From contig OZ024759.1 of NCBI GenBank assembly GCA_964016885.1, forward strand, positions 37,138,001 through 37,202,000: a stretch of DNA of 64,000 bases, in the 5' to 3' direction. The notes below the pieces were generated by a model. The model was given only the letters and a program-made list of their open reading frames with translations, did no database searches and was not told the DNA's origin. Below are positions 30,734 to 43,036 of this stretch, in pieces. The position numbers were made by a program, and so were the translations under genes. How positions within the stretch are numbered: the stretch's first letter is position 1; each line of letters opens with the position of its first letter. Source of the DNA: Eledone cirrhosa. Taxonomy: Eukaryota.

Positions 30734-30735
30734 AA
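29952..30735. repeat. (TA)n array with periodic aaataaatagac interruptions
   Basis: Direct reading. Confidence 0.96.
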
Positions 30736-31148
30736 TGTCAGATAGAATGAGAGAAAGTAGGACATATACAGAGAGGGGGGAAAAAGGGAGAGAGACAGAG
30801 AGAGGGGGGAGTCAAAAGAGCAAGGTGTTTAATGGAGGACTTAAAGTGTTGCCTAGAACACATCAGATAAGATAGTCTAGCTATAGCTACGTAGGTCTCA
30901 GCTAAATAAGGGGTCTATACCCTTATTAGGGTAGTGGCTGGAGGGTGTGTGGGTAACTGATTAGCTATGTTGATGAAGTTTACAACTATAGATATCTATA
31001 TATGTATGTGTATGTATGTGTATGTATGTGTGTGTATGTGTGTGTATATATATATATATATGTATATGTATATGTATAATGAATGAGTGAAGAATATATA
31101 TATATATATATATATAAATACAATATATATATATATATATATATAAAT

Positions 31149-31229
<81 letters not shown>

Positions 31230-31788
31230 CAATATATATACAACCATACATACATACATGGACGTTGCCATAGCCACACCATCGTATCTTAACGTACGAG
31301 GTTATCTCCCTGTCAAGTATGTTTGCTATGGAATCCAAAGGAAAGGTGAACTTACGTCACACAGAGAGAGAGAGAGAGAGAGAGAGATATAACAAGCATA
31401 AGAGAGTAAGTTGAGGTGTATTGGTAAGAGATACTGTATGATAGAGATAGAGGTACATTGATATATATATATGTATATATGTGTGTGTAAATATATATAT
31501 ATATGTATATATATATATCGAAGTTGTAGCCGCAATATAGCAGGTACTAGTCGAATTGTTTTAGGCAATCACAAAGCACTCAATGAAGTGATAAGTTAAT
31601 ACATTATCGTCCAGAGTGTGTGTATATATATATACACATATATATATATATATATATACACACACATTTACATATACATATATTAATACCTGTCTTCTGA
31701 AAACATATCAAATAGTTATAACGTAACCAATGTACATAACAGGAATATAAATAAACATAGGATGTATTCGTAAAACCGTCTTCTTTTG

Positions 31789-31819
<31 letters not shown>

Positions 31820-31991
31820 CGTGTGTGTGTGTGGAAGTTATAGTTCACTTGAAGCATTGTGTAATGAGGTATAAACGTTTGTATTTGTAATATTTAAATA
31901 AATTTAAGGTAGAAGACTAATTGTCAACAATATCTTTTGCAATTGCATTCTATATCCATACCTGCATTGTTTTGGTTTTACAAATACAAAC

Positions 31992-32029
<38 letters not shown>

Positions 32030-32030
32030 T

Positions 32031-32253
32031 CACCGACATCCAGAGTTGACATTGCACTCAGTGCTCCTTTGGGAGCCCCTACATGGACACACTAGAAGAG
32101 GAAGACCAAGGTTAACATATGTTGATACCCTAAGGACAGACACTGGTCTGTTGGAGATGCAGGATATGGCAGCGATAATGAGGGACAGAGACCGCTGGAG
32201 AGAACTCGTCCATGGATCTCGGGAATTTTACCCGCCTTAGATAGATAGATAGA
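32031..32253 (+). mobile_element. RTE-group LINE 3' end with (ATAG)n tail
   Basis: HPELTLHSVLLWEPLHGHTRRGRPRLTYVDTLRTDTG ... MRDRDRWRELV ... *, the typical RGRP / DR..WR C-terminus. Confidence 0.88.
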
Positions 32254-32265
32254 TATATATATACA

Positions 32266-33398
32266 TGCATGCAAAGTATGGGTGCATAAAAGATGTAGTG
32301 GGATCACAGGTAAGCTAACTAAGAACATAGATTTTACATGTGGCCGGTGTTCTGGGGCAATAAGTAGCAAGTGCCCACAAAATACTAGCTCTTTCAACTG
32401 CGCAGAGGGTTCTATAGAAATAGTGGACAGCTTCCGTTACCTGGGTGACAAAATCAGCAGTGGGGGGAGGGTGCTCTGAAAGTACAGTAGCTAGAGTCAG
32501 AACTGGGTGGAAAAAGTTCAGAGAGCTTATACCTCTACTAGCCGCTAAAGGGTTCTCCCTAAAAATGAAAGGCAGGCTGTATGATGCCTGCATACGAACA
32601 GCAATGTTGCATGGCAGTGAGACCTGGGCATTGTGTGCAGAAGATATACGCAGACGAGAGAGAAACGAAGCTTGCATGCTCCGCTGGATGTGTAACAGTA
32701 ATATACGTGAACGGCAAAGCATAAACGAACTAAGGAAAAAATTAGAAATAAGAGGGATCAGATGTTGTTAACTCGAGAGAAGGCTACGTTGGTATGGTCA
32801 CGTGATGCGCATGAAGGACGATAGCTGTATAACAAAGTGCAGGGCAATAAAGATAGACGGTAGCCACGGAATAGGCAGACCCAGAAAAACCTGGGACGAG
32901 CTGATAAATTCCGACCTCACACACTTACACCTCTCCAAGACAATGTCACTGGACCGAGACCTTTGGCGGTACTCAGTAATAGAGAAGACCCGCCTTACCT
33001 AAATACAAAGTAAAACCTACTACAGTCAGTAGGCATCTCTAACAAAATACACCCCCGTCCCACCACCCCCACCCCATCCACACCGCCCCTTTCAATGTAA
33101 AGTTATGTTTGTGCCACAACATCCAGGCCGAAACAAATGAGATCGTGTAGGTGTCACGTCAAATAAACACACAGTTCACGCTGTAATGTGGCCGTGTAGG
33201 CAACACGGTAAAAACCTCCCAGACCCACACTGTAAATGTGGTTGGTGTTAGGAAGGGCATCCAGCTGTAGAAAACCCGCCAGATAGTCCTATGCGAGCAA
33301 GATAATCACTCTTGCCTCAAGTGGGAAACCCCCGTCCAAACCCATGCAAGCGTGGAACACGGACGTTAAACGTTGATGATGATGATGATGATGATGAT
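32266..33398 (+). mobile_element. 5'-truncated RTE LINE: Cys/His finger remnant, RT C-terminal region, 3' UTR and (GAT)n tail; pseudogenised
   Basis: WVHKRCSGI..FTCGRC, VDSFRYLGDKI, LYDACIRTAMLHGSETW, RRLRWYGHVMRM, GRPRKTWDE, DRDLWR. Frameshift in the G-run at 32462-67, stop at 32769, ORF end 33002. Confidence 0.95.
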
Positions 33399-33534
33399 GT
33401 CTGTACACATTGTGTGTGTATGTGTAGGATTTATTGTGCCACAATAGGTAAATATTTTGTATAAATTTGTTTCATGGGAAGAGAACAAAACGTTTCAAAC
33501 AAACCTGCAGAATTGGGATACAAAATCATTATAT

Positions 33535-33566
33535 TGACGTTTCAGACTAAGGTCTCCCTTTGGAAA
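33535..33566 (-). other. Degenerate minimal hammerhead-like motif
   Basis: Minus strand CCAAAGG g agac ctta gtct GAAACGUC aa: stem II and GAAACGUC are intact but the CUGANGA core has decayed. Confidence 0.35.
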
Positions 33567-33947
33567 GTAGACGAAGAAAAAAGGTAGAGACAGAGAGAAC
33601 GAAAAGCGGAAGAAAAAAATTAAAGAGTAAAAATACGTTCGGAAAATTTAACTCGAAATTTACTACAAAGTGATCATATGTACACTGACACACACAAACA
33701 TACATACGCACACACACATATTAGAGAGAGAGACAGGCGGGAATATTGTGAAAAGATGGAAGAAAAGGCTATCAGATAAGATATAGTATGATGTGTGTCT
33801 ATACACAGCTCTTAGCGATCACATTGAGATCACACACATACATACTGCTACATAAACACACACATATATGGACAGACACACACACATGTACAGACACAGT
33901 CACACAAATATACACTCACATGCATGTGTGTATATATATATATATAC

Positions 33948-34004
<57 letters not shown>

Positions 34005-34236
34005 CATACACACAGACGAGACATTATGAGCCAGGCTATGACAATGAAATCTGTCGTCTGGATACCAATCAAATTAGTGTGTGACCAAACAAGAGGCCAG
34101 TTTATGTCGTTATCGGGTTAATCAGCCGAAAAATTAACCTCCCACTCCTACCATTTCCCCTCTCTCTCTCTCTCTCCTCTTACTCCCTCTCCCCCTCTCA
34201 GTTAGACACTCATCCTATCTATACATGCATTATCTA

Positions 34237-34276
<40 letters not shown>

Positions 34277-34345
34277 TATATATATATATATATATATAGA
34301 TATATATATAGAGAGAGAGAGAGAGATTAAACTTAATATTGAAAT

Positions 34346-34397
34346 GGCTTCTACGGGACTAGAACTATTTCATTTGAAAGAAATCATCAGGAAAGCC
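34346..34397 (-). ncRNA. Degenerate type I hammerhead (same family as 45141-45275)
   Basis: Minus strand ggctttc CUGAUGA tttctttcaaat GAAA tagttctagtcccG UA gaagcc; stem I ggcttt(c)/gaagcc; stems II and III weakened. Confidence 0.6.
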
Positions 34398-35495
34398 GAA
34401 ATCATAGATATATATATATATATATATATGTTTGTGTGTGTCCTACTTTTCTTTGTCTCTCTCCCCGTCTTTCTTTCCTCTCGTTCTCTCCATATTCTTT
34501 CATTCAAAACCACCTCCACGACTAAGACCATGCTGGGGCAACAGTTTCAATGTTAAATGTTGTAGTTTTTGTGTTTCAAATAGACAGCTAGAAACAAAGT
34601 GTATATATATATATATATATATATTTGTATGCATGTATGTATGTATCAATATGTATATATATGTATGTATATATATGTGTATATATATGTGTATGTATAT
34701 ATATGTGTATATATATATGTGTGTATATATATGTGTATATATATATATATGTATATATATGTATGTATATATATGTGTATGTATGTATATATATGTGTAT
34801 GTATATATATATGTGTGTATGTATATATATATATACATATGTATGTAGAGAGAAATCAACATGCGTGTGTTCCACATGTTTCGTGTTGATTGCAATTTAT
34901 GCTTTTATGTGTTATGTGTGTAATTAGGCACGAGACCGGAAGTTTAAAGTTTCTAGCCATTGGTGGAGGGGAGAGGAGGAGTGAGAGAGGAAGATAGATA
35001 GATTGGAGGAGGTGAATTAAAGATGGCGACAGCGAGAGAGAGAGGGAGCAGTTTGATTAAGATGGTGTAATGTGACAAGCTCTGAATCTATTATGGTGAT
35101 AGTGATGATGATGGTGGTGGTGGTGGTAGGGATACTGTGTTGGTGGTGGTGGTGGAGATACTGTGTTGATATGTGTGGTGGCGGTGGTGGTAATGGTGTA
35201 GGTGTTGGTGGTGGAGTGAAAGGTCGTGGTGATGGTGACGATGATGGTGGTAGTAGTGGTAGTTGTGGTGGTGGTGATGATGACGATGGTGGTAGTGGTG
35301 ATGGTGATGGGGGTGCTAATAATGGTAGGTATGCTGGTGGTGGTGGTGTCACTGCTAATAGTGTTAGGAATGGTGTTGTTGTTGTTGTTGTTGTTGTTGA
35401 TGTTTGATGGTGGTGGTGATGCAGGGTGACATCGTAAAATAGAAATGATATGGTAAATATTCCATTGATATGATAAACATAGAATATAGCTTCAT

Positions 35496-35535
<40 letters not shown>

Positions 35536-35737
35536 TAGTCACACACACATTCATGCATATACATATATTATTATATATATATGTCTCATATATATATAAA
35601 TATATATATATACGAGACAAACCACACACCCTCTATCTCAATTTTACTTTTGAAAAGCATACTGAGAAACCAGTAAAGGAAATAAGTAAATATTCTTAAA
35701 AAGACTCCAGTGTTTCATTTTCGACTTCTTTTCCCTG

Positions 35738-35769
<32 letters not shown>

Positions 35770-35782
35770 CATATATATATGT

Positions 35783-35818
<36 letters not shown>

Positions 35819-36157
35819 GTGTGTATGTGTTGTTTTAGTTCATATTCTAGTTTTATAGAATTTACTCTTAAAGAATCTGTTCCCAAACTGTGATTGTGAA
35901 GTGATCTTTCTAACAATTCTTCTAAACTTAAAAGGAAAAAAAAAGGACATACCTTTCTCAGCCAAGTGAAATAATTTAAGAAGGTTATATGCACTGTATA
36001 CTGTAGACTCTTACTGTCAGAATTTGTGTCACACATTCCGAGTTCGTATCATGAAGCAAGCAGTGATTTGTGTGTGGTTACATAATATATTTATATAAGT
36101 CGGGAAGGAGACAACTTGGCCAATAAAGAAATTATTAAACCCTTTGTGGTCATATTA

Positions 36158-36289
36158 TTGGCAGTATCGGTAGAGGGTCGGACGCCATGTTTTGTTGCAT
36201 ATAGTTACGGTCCTTTATGTTCTGTGTTCAAATCCCGCCGAGGTTAACTTTGCTTTTCATCCTTATGGGGTCGATAAAATAACGTACTA
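36158..36289 (+). mobile_element. SINE family 1 copy (3'-truncated)
   Basis: tggcagtatcggtagag ... gttcaaatcccgccgaggttaactttgcttttcatccttatggggtcgataaaataa. Confidence 0.85.
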
Positions 36290-36290
36290 T

Positions 36291-36472
36291 TAACTGAGCT
36301 CCCTGCTAGGTTTTTGAACCTGGAAGTCAAGGGGTTGTAATTAAGGACTAACTGAGACCCTTGTCACGATTTGATCGGATCTGAGAAGTTAAGGGGACGT
36401 TATTAAAGATTAACTGAGCTACCCGCTAGGATTTGAACTCGGATGTCAAGGGGTCGTAATTAAGGACTAACC
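36291..36472 (-). repeat. Three ~60-bp tandem units resembling the SINE B-box region
   Basis: taactgag at 36291, 36349, 36411; ggatttgaactc/ggtttttgaacc ... aagggg.cgtaatt resembles the minus-strand SINE head. Confidence 0.6.
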
Positions 36473-37342
36473 ACAATATCATTTAATCCCTCTCTTCATC
36501 ATTTCTCTCATTCGCCGCCCTGTCTCACAGAAATATTGTCTAAAACATAAATAAAACATTTAAGATGGAAGATTCTAGCAAATATAATCCCCCCCCCCAC
36601 CCCACCATCTCTCTACCACAGCCCTCTCTCCCCACTCTCACTGTGTGTTCGTGTTTATATGAATTTTTTTGCGTGCGTATTTGTAGATGTACGTGTTTAC
36701 ATGTTTATCTGTGTGTGTTCATTTATATATCTGTGTGTGTATGTTTGTTTATGTATATGTTTGTGTGCGTATGTATATTCATGTTTGTGTAAGTTTGTGT
36801 GTGTATGTATATTCATGTGTGTGTGTTTATATATTTGTGTGTGTAAGTTTGTGTGTGTATGTATATTCATGTGTGTGTTTATATCCATGCATAGTCATGT
36901 GTGTGAGTGTTTATGTGTGTGAATGTCTCTGAATGTGTCTGACTAGTGAGACGGGGAAAGCAGATAGATATTTATCTAGATGAATCAAAGTGATATAGCG
37001 GTTAATCCGGGCAGATTAATGGGGATACAGACAGATTGATCCGGAGATAGGGATCACGATAGACAACCTTGTAGTGTGATCCACATAGCCTGGCAAACAG
37101 ATGTAAAAGAAACGTACAACCAGACCAAGTGATCCATAGAAATAGTGATCAAACCTTACTCTATGATAGGGTCATTTAAAGAGACAAACATGGCGGCTCA
37201 AGTAATCCAGCCTTGGGCACACGTGGCATTGACAATGGCGTCACATAAAGGGCAAAACTTGTAAGTAACTCATCTTTTATTATATGGGCATATATAATAT
37301 ATAGTTATAAGGATCCGCCTGTATATATATATATATATATAT

Positions 37343-37412
37343 ATAGGAAAAGAGTTCGGATCTAGCTGTCGAAACGGCCGGAGCTCAGCCGTCGGGGTCC
37401 TGAAACTTTTCG
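37343..37412 (+). mobile_element. Truncated half-hammerhead element copy in a TA tract
   Basis: ataggaaaag ... tagctgtcGAAACGGCcggagctcaGCCGTCggggtc. Confidence 0.7.
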
Positions 37413-37616
37413 TATATATATATATATGTGTGTGTGTATGTATGTATGTATATATATATATATACATAAATGCATAATTACACATACACACATATTGGCA
37501 GACATACACAAACAGGAAAGCCCACACACATACACACATAGAAACCACACACACACACAACACACATACACGCAAACCACACTCACACACAAACAAACCA
37601 CTCACACATACAGACA

Positions 37617-37661
<45 letters not shown>

Positions 37662-38116
37662 CTACAAAGATTTAACGGTTCCACTCTCGGATCTATGGTT
37701 CTTAACCCTTGCTTTCTCTACCGCCATTTAAAGAACCCTAAATTCAATCGTAGTCCCTTATCCAAGATGTCACATCACATTCCTCTCCCTACTCCCCCTT
37801 CTCCCTACTTCACATTTACTCCCCCTGTCGTTCCCACCCACCATAAACCCCTTCAACTTCCCCACCCTTCACTTATCTACCTTCTCCCCCTTTACGCCGC
37901 CATTTTGAGAGTAACACGTAATCACAACCCCCGCCTTCGCCAGCGCTATTTGCTATTGTCTGCCCTCACTCGGTGAATTCGCTTTGACCCATTGAATGTG
38001 TGTGTGTGTGTGTGTGTGTGTGTACGTATATACATGCATGTATATGAATATCTGTTCCTTGAAATCATTCTTTAAGCCTGAACAATTTGTGTGTGTGTAT
38101 GTATGTGTACTTGTGT

Positions 38117-38150
<34 letters not shown>

Positions 38151-38308
38151 ACCTATATATATATATATACGTACGTACACACACATATATATGCGTGTGT
38201 ATATATATATATATTATATATATATATTATATATTATATATATATGTTTGTGTATATATATATATATATATATATGTTTGTGTATATATATATATATATA
38301 TATATGTT

Positions 38309-38353
<45 letters not shown>

Positions 38354-38458
38354 TCCTTGAAATCACTCTTTAAGCCAGAACGACATAACGAACTCTGCTA
38401 CCAGCACCAACCTCACCAACTTTCTTCTTCTAAGAAACTCTAATCTTCGATATCCTAA

Positions 38459-38497
<39 letters not shown>

Positions 38498-38789
38498 AGT
38501 TTTTATATCTTCTTACTGTCTGTATCTGCGTGTTTTTCTTCAATTATTGTAGTTATTTGTTCTCTTAATTTAATTTCTAAATAGGATTATATTCCGATCT
38601 TTCTATTATCCACTGGTTCCGCCTACTCTTCTAATATACTTCCATCTCTCTCTCTCTCTCTATCAATATAGATCTACTATATAGCTGTACTTATATACCT
38701 GCCTTCGTATTTATCTACATATATGGCTGTCTCTATATCCTATCTCCTGCCTATGTTCCCATCCAATTATACATTCAAATGTCTATACT

Positions 38790-38833
<44 letters not shown>

Positions 38834-38837
<4 letters not shown>

Positions 38838-38910
38838 GTCGTCAAGTATGAAATTTGTAGAATTTGTTTTTTTTCTACAAATTTCTACAAATTTCATACA
38901 TGACGATATG
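38834..38910. mobile_element. Tiny Tc1/mariner-like MITE (TIRs only)
   Basis: tcgtcaagtatgaaatttgtagaa (38839-62) and ttctacaaatttcatacatgacga (38883-906) are inverted with 1 mismatch; starts TA-ttgggtcgtc. Confidence 0.55.
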
Positions 38911-38938
38911 ATATAATATTATATATTTATACACATAT

Positions 38939-38973
<35 letters not shown>

Positions 38974-39123
38974 TGGAATCTTCTGTACATATAATAACTG
39001 TAACAGCAGACGATCACTTTAAACAATAACTTATAGCAATCGTCTATTTTTACAATTATTTCGTGCGTTTCGAATTCCCACATATTCAAATTTCAAATCA
39101 CCCAACGCTTCGACATATATACA

Positions 39124-39165
<42 letters not shown>

Positions 39166-39690
39166 GTAAAAATTTGCTAATATATATATATATATAATGT
39201 GTGTGTGTGTGTGTGTGTGTACAGACACAGGTTTTACGAAACCAGGCGACACCTCAATGCTGTAAGCATCAACCATTGTGTGAATCGTGCCGCTCAAAAA
39301 CTTGCTCAATAATTTCTGGAATTAACGAAATCGGATCAAACTCATTCGGATTAGCAGTTAAACAGCAATTATCGAATACATCGATTAAGGTAATTAACAA
39401 AATCTTTATCAACGAATTAGTAAACTAAAAATAATTTTAAATATTCATATCTCCCATTGGTTTCAGGGTCCATTATGGCCAGTGTAAAAGTGCCTCCTAC
39501 AATATACAGTGATGGCCACAACTGGACCCCGAAACCAATGCTAGCACATACATGTTAAGTGTGTGAAACTTTGTTTATAATATATATATATATATTGTTA
39601 TACTTGGGGGAGGGTCATATATATATATATATTGTTATACTTGGGGGAGGGTTATATATATATATATATATTGTTATATTTGGGGGAGGG

Positions 39691-39728
<38 letters not shown>

Positions 39729-39730
<2 letters not shown>

Positions 39731-39921
39731 CGAAGGATTTGTGGTAAGGAACTAGATGGACCATAACGCACCAGAGTACTCAATACTTAGGTTAGTAGAG
39801 TGGGTAATAGGAGAAAGTATGACCCCGACGGCAGAGTTCAAGCAGTTTCGACGGTTATTTCTGGACGAAATAGCTGTCGAAACAGCGTGAGCTCTGCCGT
39901 CGGCGTCATAGTTTCTCCTAT
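39729..39921 (-). mobile_element. Fold-back half-hammerhead element, copy A
   Basis: ~55-bp imperfect inverted repeat arms spanning 39807-39921 plus an ~80-bp tail homologous to the reverse complement of 42311-42390; TA-flanked. Confidence 0.85.
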
Positions 39922-40107
39922 ATATATATATATTGTTATACTTGGGGGAGGGTCATATTGTTGTAATAATATTGCCAGAAATAATAACAGAACACATTCA
40001 TTGTTCGGTTGGTTTTCGCTTCTGTATCTTTTATATCTCCATAGTTAATCGTTTATCATTGATTGACCAACGGTTAAAAATACAGATATAAATATACATA
40101 TATAGTC

Positions 40108-40150
40108 TATCAAAGTTTTTTCGTTGCACATTTGCAACATCATCAGTGGT
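40108..40150 (-). other. Degenerate hammerhead-like core
   Basis: Minus strand CUGAUGA t gttgca aatg tgcaac GAAA with a perfect 6-bp stem II; stems I and III not recoverable. Confidence 0.45.
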
Positions 40151-40265
40151 GTTGCCAGAAATAACAGAACACACTCACTGGTTGGTTGGTTTTCGCTTCT
40201 AGAGTAAGAAAGAGAAAGCTTTCTACATTCGTAGTTTGTAGTTAAGATGCAGATTTAGTATAATA

Positions 40266-40450
40266 ATTGTTTCTACTTTTTGGCACAAGGCCAGCAATTA
40301 TCCCAGTACATTACTGGTACTTTATTTTATCGACCCCGTAAGGATGAAAGGCAAAATTAACCTCGGCGGGATTTGAACTCAGTCCGGAAAGGGACGTAAC
40401 TGTGCTGCAAAGCATGGCGTCCGACCCTCTACCGATACTGACAATCCACA
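40266..40450 (-). mobile_element. SINE family 1 copy
   Basis: Highly similar to 8860-9052. Confidence 0.88.
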
Positions 40451-40802
40451 TAATAACATTAAAAAAGAAGTTGATGTTACATAAATATATCTTTCCCACA
40501 CAGCTACTACTTCACATGTTTATATCCTCTAACCCTTACACTTACAGCCATTTGTAACATACACATCTCTCTCTCTCTCTCTTTAACATACACACACATC
40601 TCTCTCTCTTTAACATACACACATATCTCTCTCTCTCTCTTTCTCTCTTTAACATACACACATATCTCTCTCTCTCTCTCTCTTTAACATACACACATAT
40701 CTCTCTCTCTGTAACATACACACAGATCTTGCTCTCTCTCTCTCTCTCTTTAATATACACACATCTCCCTTCTCTCTCTCTATCTCTCTGTAACATACAC
40801 AC

Positions 40803-40859
<57 letters not shown>

Positions 40860-42182
40860 TCACGTACAACTCAGCTCTAGGCTCTCCCCCTTCCTCTCTG
40901 TCTGTCTCTCTCATCCTCTCCCTCTCTCTCTATCTATCTATCTTACCTTTCTATCACCTCCGCTCGCCTATCTATCTCATTATCTACTTCCCATCCTACA
41001 CCCCTAGACCTTCCTAAACTCCTTACTCTCCATTTAACACACACACACCCCATCTCCCTGCCACCCCACCCCTCCTCCTTCCTCCAGTAATTGTTACCTT
41101 CTCTCTCTTCTACTATTGTTAGTCTTCTTTGCCTAACGTTTATCCATTGAGTCTCTTAAATCGAGCTTAAGTGTCTCTGCCTCAGCCAATTTCCAGTCGA
41201 GAAGGAAGCGAATTATTCCAAGCTCCCTTAATCTCAAGTATGTGCCCGAAGAAAATCTCTCTTTTTTGGGATTTTTACTTGAACGAGGCCCCTTAATATT
41301 GAAGAAAAGAATAAAAAGCCAAACAAACACTCAGATCCTGGGGGCTGGACAGTATTATCGGGGTCGTGGGGTGAAGGATCAACAATCGTCGCACTCCTAT
41401 AGCAAACATAACATAATGGAGTTGTCAGCCACCTCATTACCACCGCCTCCCCTTCCTCTCCTACACCCCTTCTACTCCCCTTCCTTTCCTACACCCCTCC
41501 TATACTCCCATTACTTTCTTACTCTCCTCCCCTTCCTCTCCTACACCTCTCCCATACTCCCATTACTTTCCTACTCCCCTTCCTCTCCTACACCCTTCCT
41601 ACTCCCATTACTCTCCTACCCTCATCCTCTTTCCTCTCCTACACCCCTCCTACTCTTCCTTTCCTACACCCCTCCTATACTCCCATTACTTTCCTACTCC
41701 CCTTCCTCTCCTACTCCCCTTCCTCCTATTCCTCATCATACTCCTACTACTTCTCTTACCCCCTTCTCCCTCCTTCCGCCACCTCCTCTAACCACCTTTC
41801 CTCCTCCTACTCCCCCAACTCTCCTTCCTCAGCCTCCCCCAATCCTCCTCCAACACTCCCCTTCCTCTTCCTCCTCCATCACCTTGGTGACGATGGTGGT
41901 GGTAGTAGTAGTGGGGGGGGGGGGACTTGTGGTTGTAGCAGTGTGTGCGATGGTGGTGGTGATTTTGATATTAGTGGTGGTGACAGTGGTGGTGGTGGTG
42001 GTTGCTTTTACACACACGCACATGCATCAAGTACACATACAAGTATGTGTGTGTATATATGTGTGTGTGTGTGTACCCACACATATACTACAGCACGTGA
42101 TGTTTGGGTGTCGCACTCTCCGGGACACGTGTACACTATCCGACATCCCACTCACCTGACACACACACACATATATATATAT

Positions 42183-42387
42183 ATAGGAAAAAGTATGACC
42201 CCGACGGCAGAGCTCAAGCCGTTTCGACGGCTATTTCTGGACGCTATTTGAGTCCAGAAATAGCCGTCGAAACGGCTTGAGCTCTGCCGTCGGGATCATA
42301 CTTTTTCCTATTTCCCACTCTACTACCCTAAGTATTGAGTACTCTAGTGCGTTATGGTCCATCTGGTTCCTTACCTCAATTCCTTTG

Positions 42388-42390
<3 letters not shown>
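42183..42390 (+). mobile_element. Fold-back half-hammerhead element, copy B (best preserved)
   Basis: 60-bp arms 42183-42242 and 42252-42311 (59/60 complementary, 9-nt loop); right arm contains GAAA-CGGC-ttgagctct-GCCG-UC; ~80-bp tail; TA-flanked. Confidence 0.9.
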
Positions 42391-42435
<45 letters not shown>

Positions 42436-42450
42436 TATAGAGAGAGAGAT

Positions 42451-42508
42451 GTTTACATTCTACTAATGTATTGAGTACCTTACTTACTGTGGTTACCCCG
42501 GAATAACA
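42451..42508 (+). mobile_element. Tail fragment of the 45141 hammerhead family
   Basis: tgtattgagtaccttacttactgtggttacccc is the near reverse complement of 45138-45170. Confidence 0.7.
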
Positions 42509-42560
42509 TATATATATATATATGCATGTATGTGTGTATATATGCATCTGTATGTGTGTA

Positions 42561-42601
<41 letters not shown>

Positions 42602-42994
42602 CTAAGATAAGACGTGTGAGGAGAGATAATCGGTTTTGCTTGTAATGTGTGTTTTGTACAATACATATATTGACTTGTCGATATGTGTAGTTTATCAATG
42701 ATTATATACCGCTATACACACACACACACTCACATATATATACATACACACGCACACGCTCACTCAAAACATACACAAACATACACACACACATATTCAA
42801 ACGTGTGTGTGTATGTTTGTGTATGTCTGCCAATGTGAATGCAAGACAATATGTATATATATATGTGTATATCTGTTAATGTATATATATCTATTAGTGT
42901 GTATCTGCTCACACGAGTGGATGACAATATGTATATGTTTATGTATATGTGTGCATGTGTGTTAGCGCATGTCTGCCAAAGTAAACACAAGACA

Positions 42995-43036
<42 letters not shown>

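Noticed and set aside
35820-36036. Protein-like minus-strand stretch LEELLERSLHNHSLGTDSLRVNSIKLEYELKQH after a pyrimidine tract-AG
   Set aside because: No recognisable domain and no clear donor before the microsatellite; cannot be supported without RNA data.
39201-39428. Cys-containing ORF as a Penelope zinc-knuckle/GIY-YIG remnant
   Set aside because: No GIY/YIG or other diagnostic residues visible; too weak to call.
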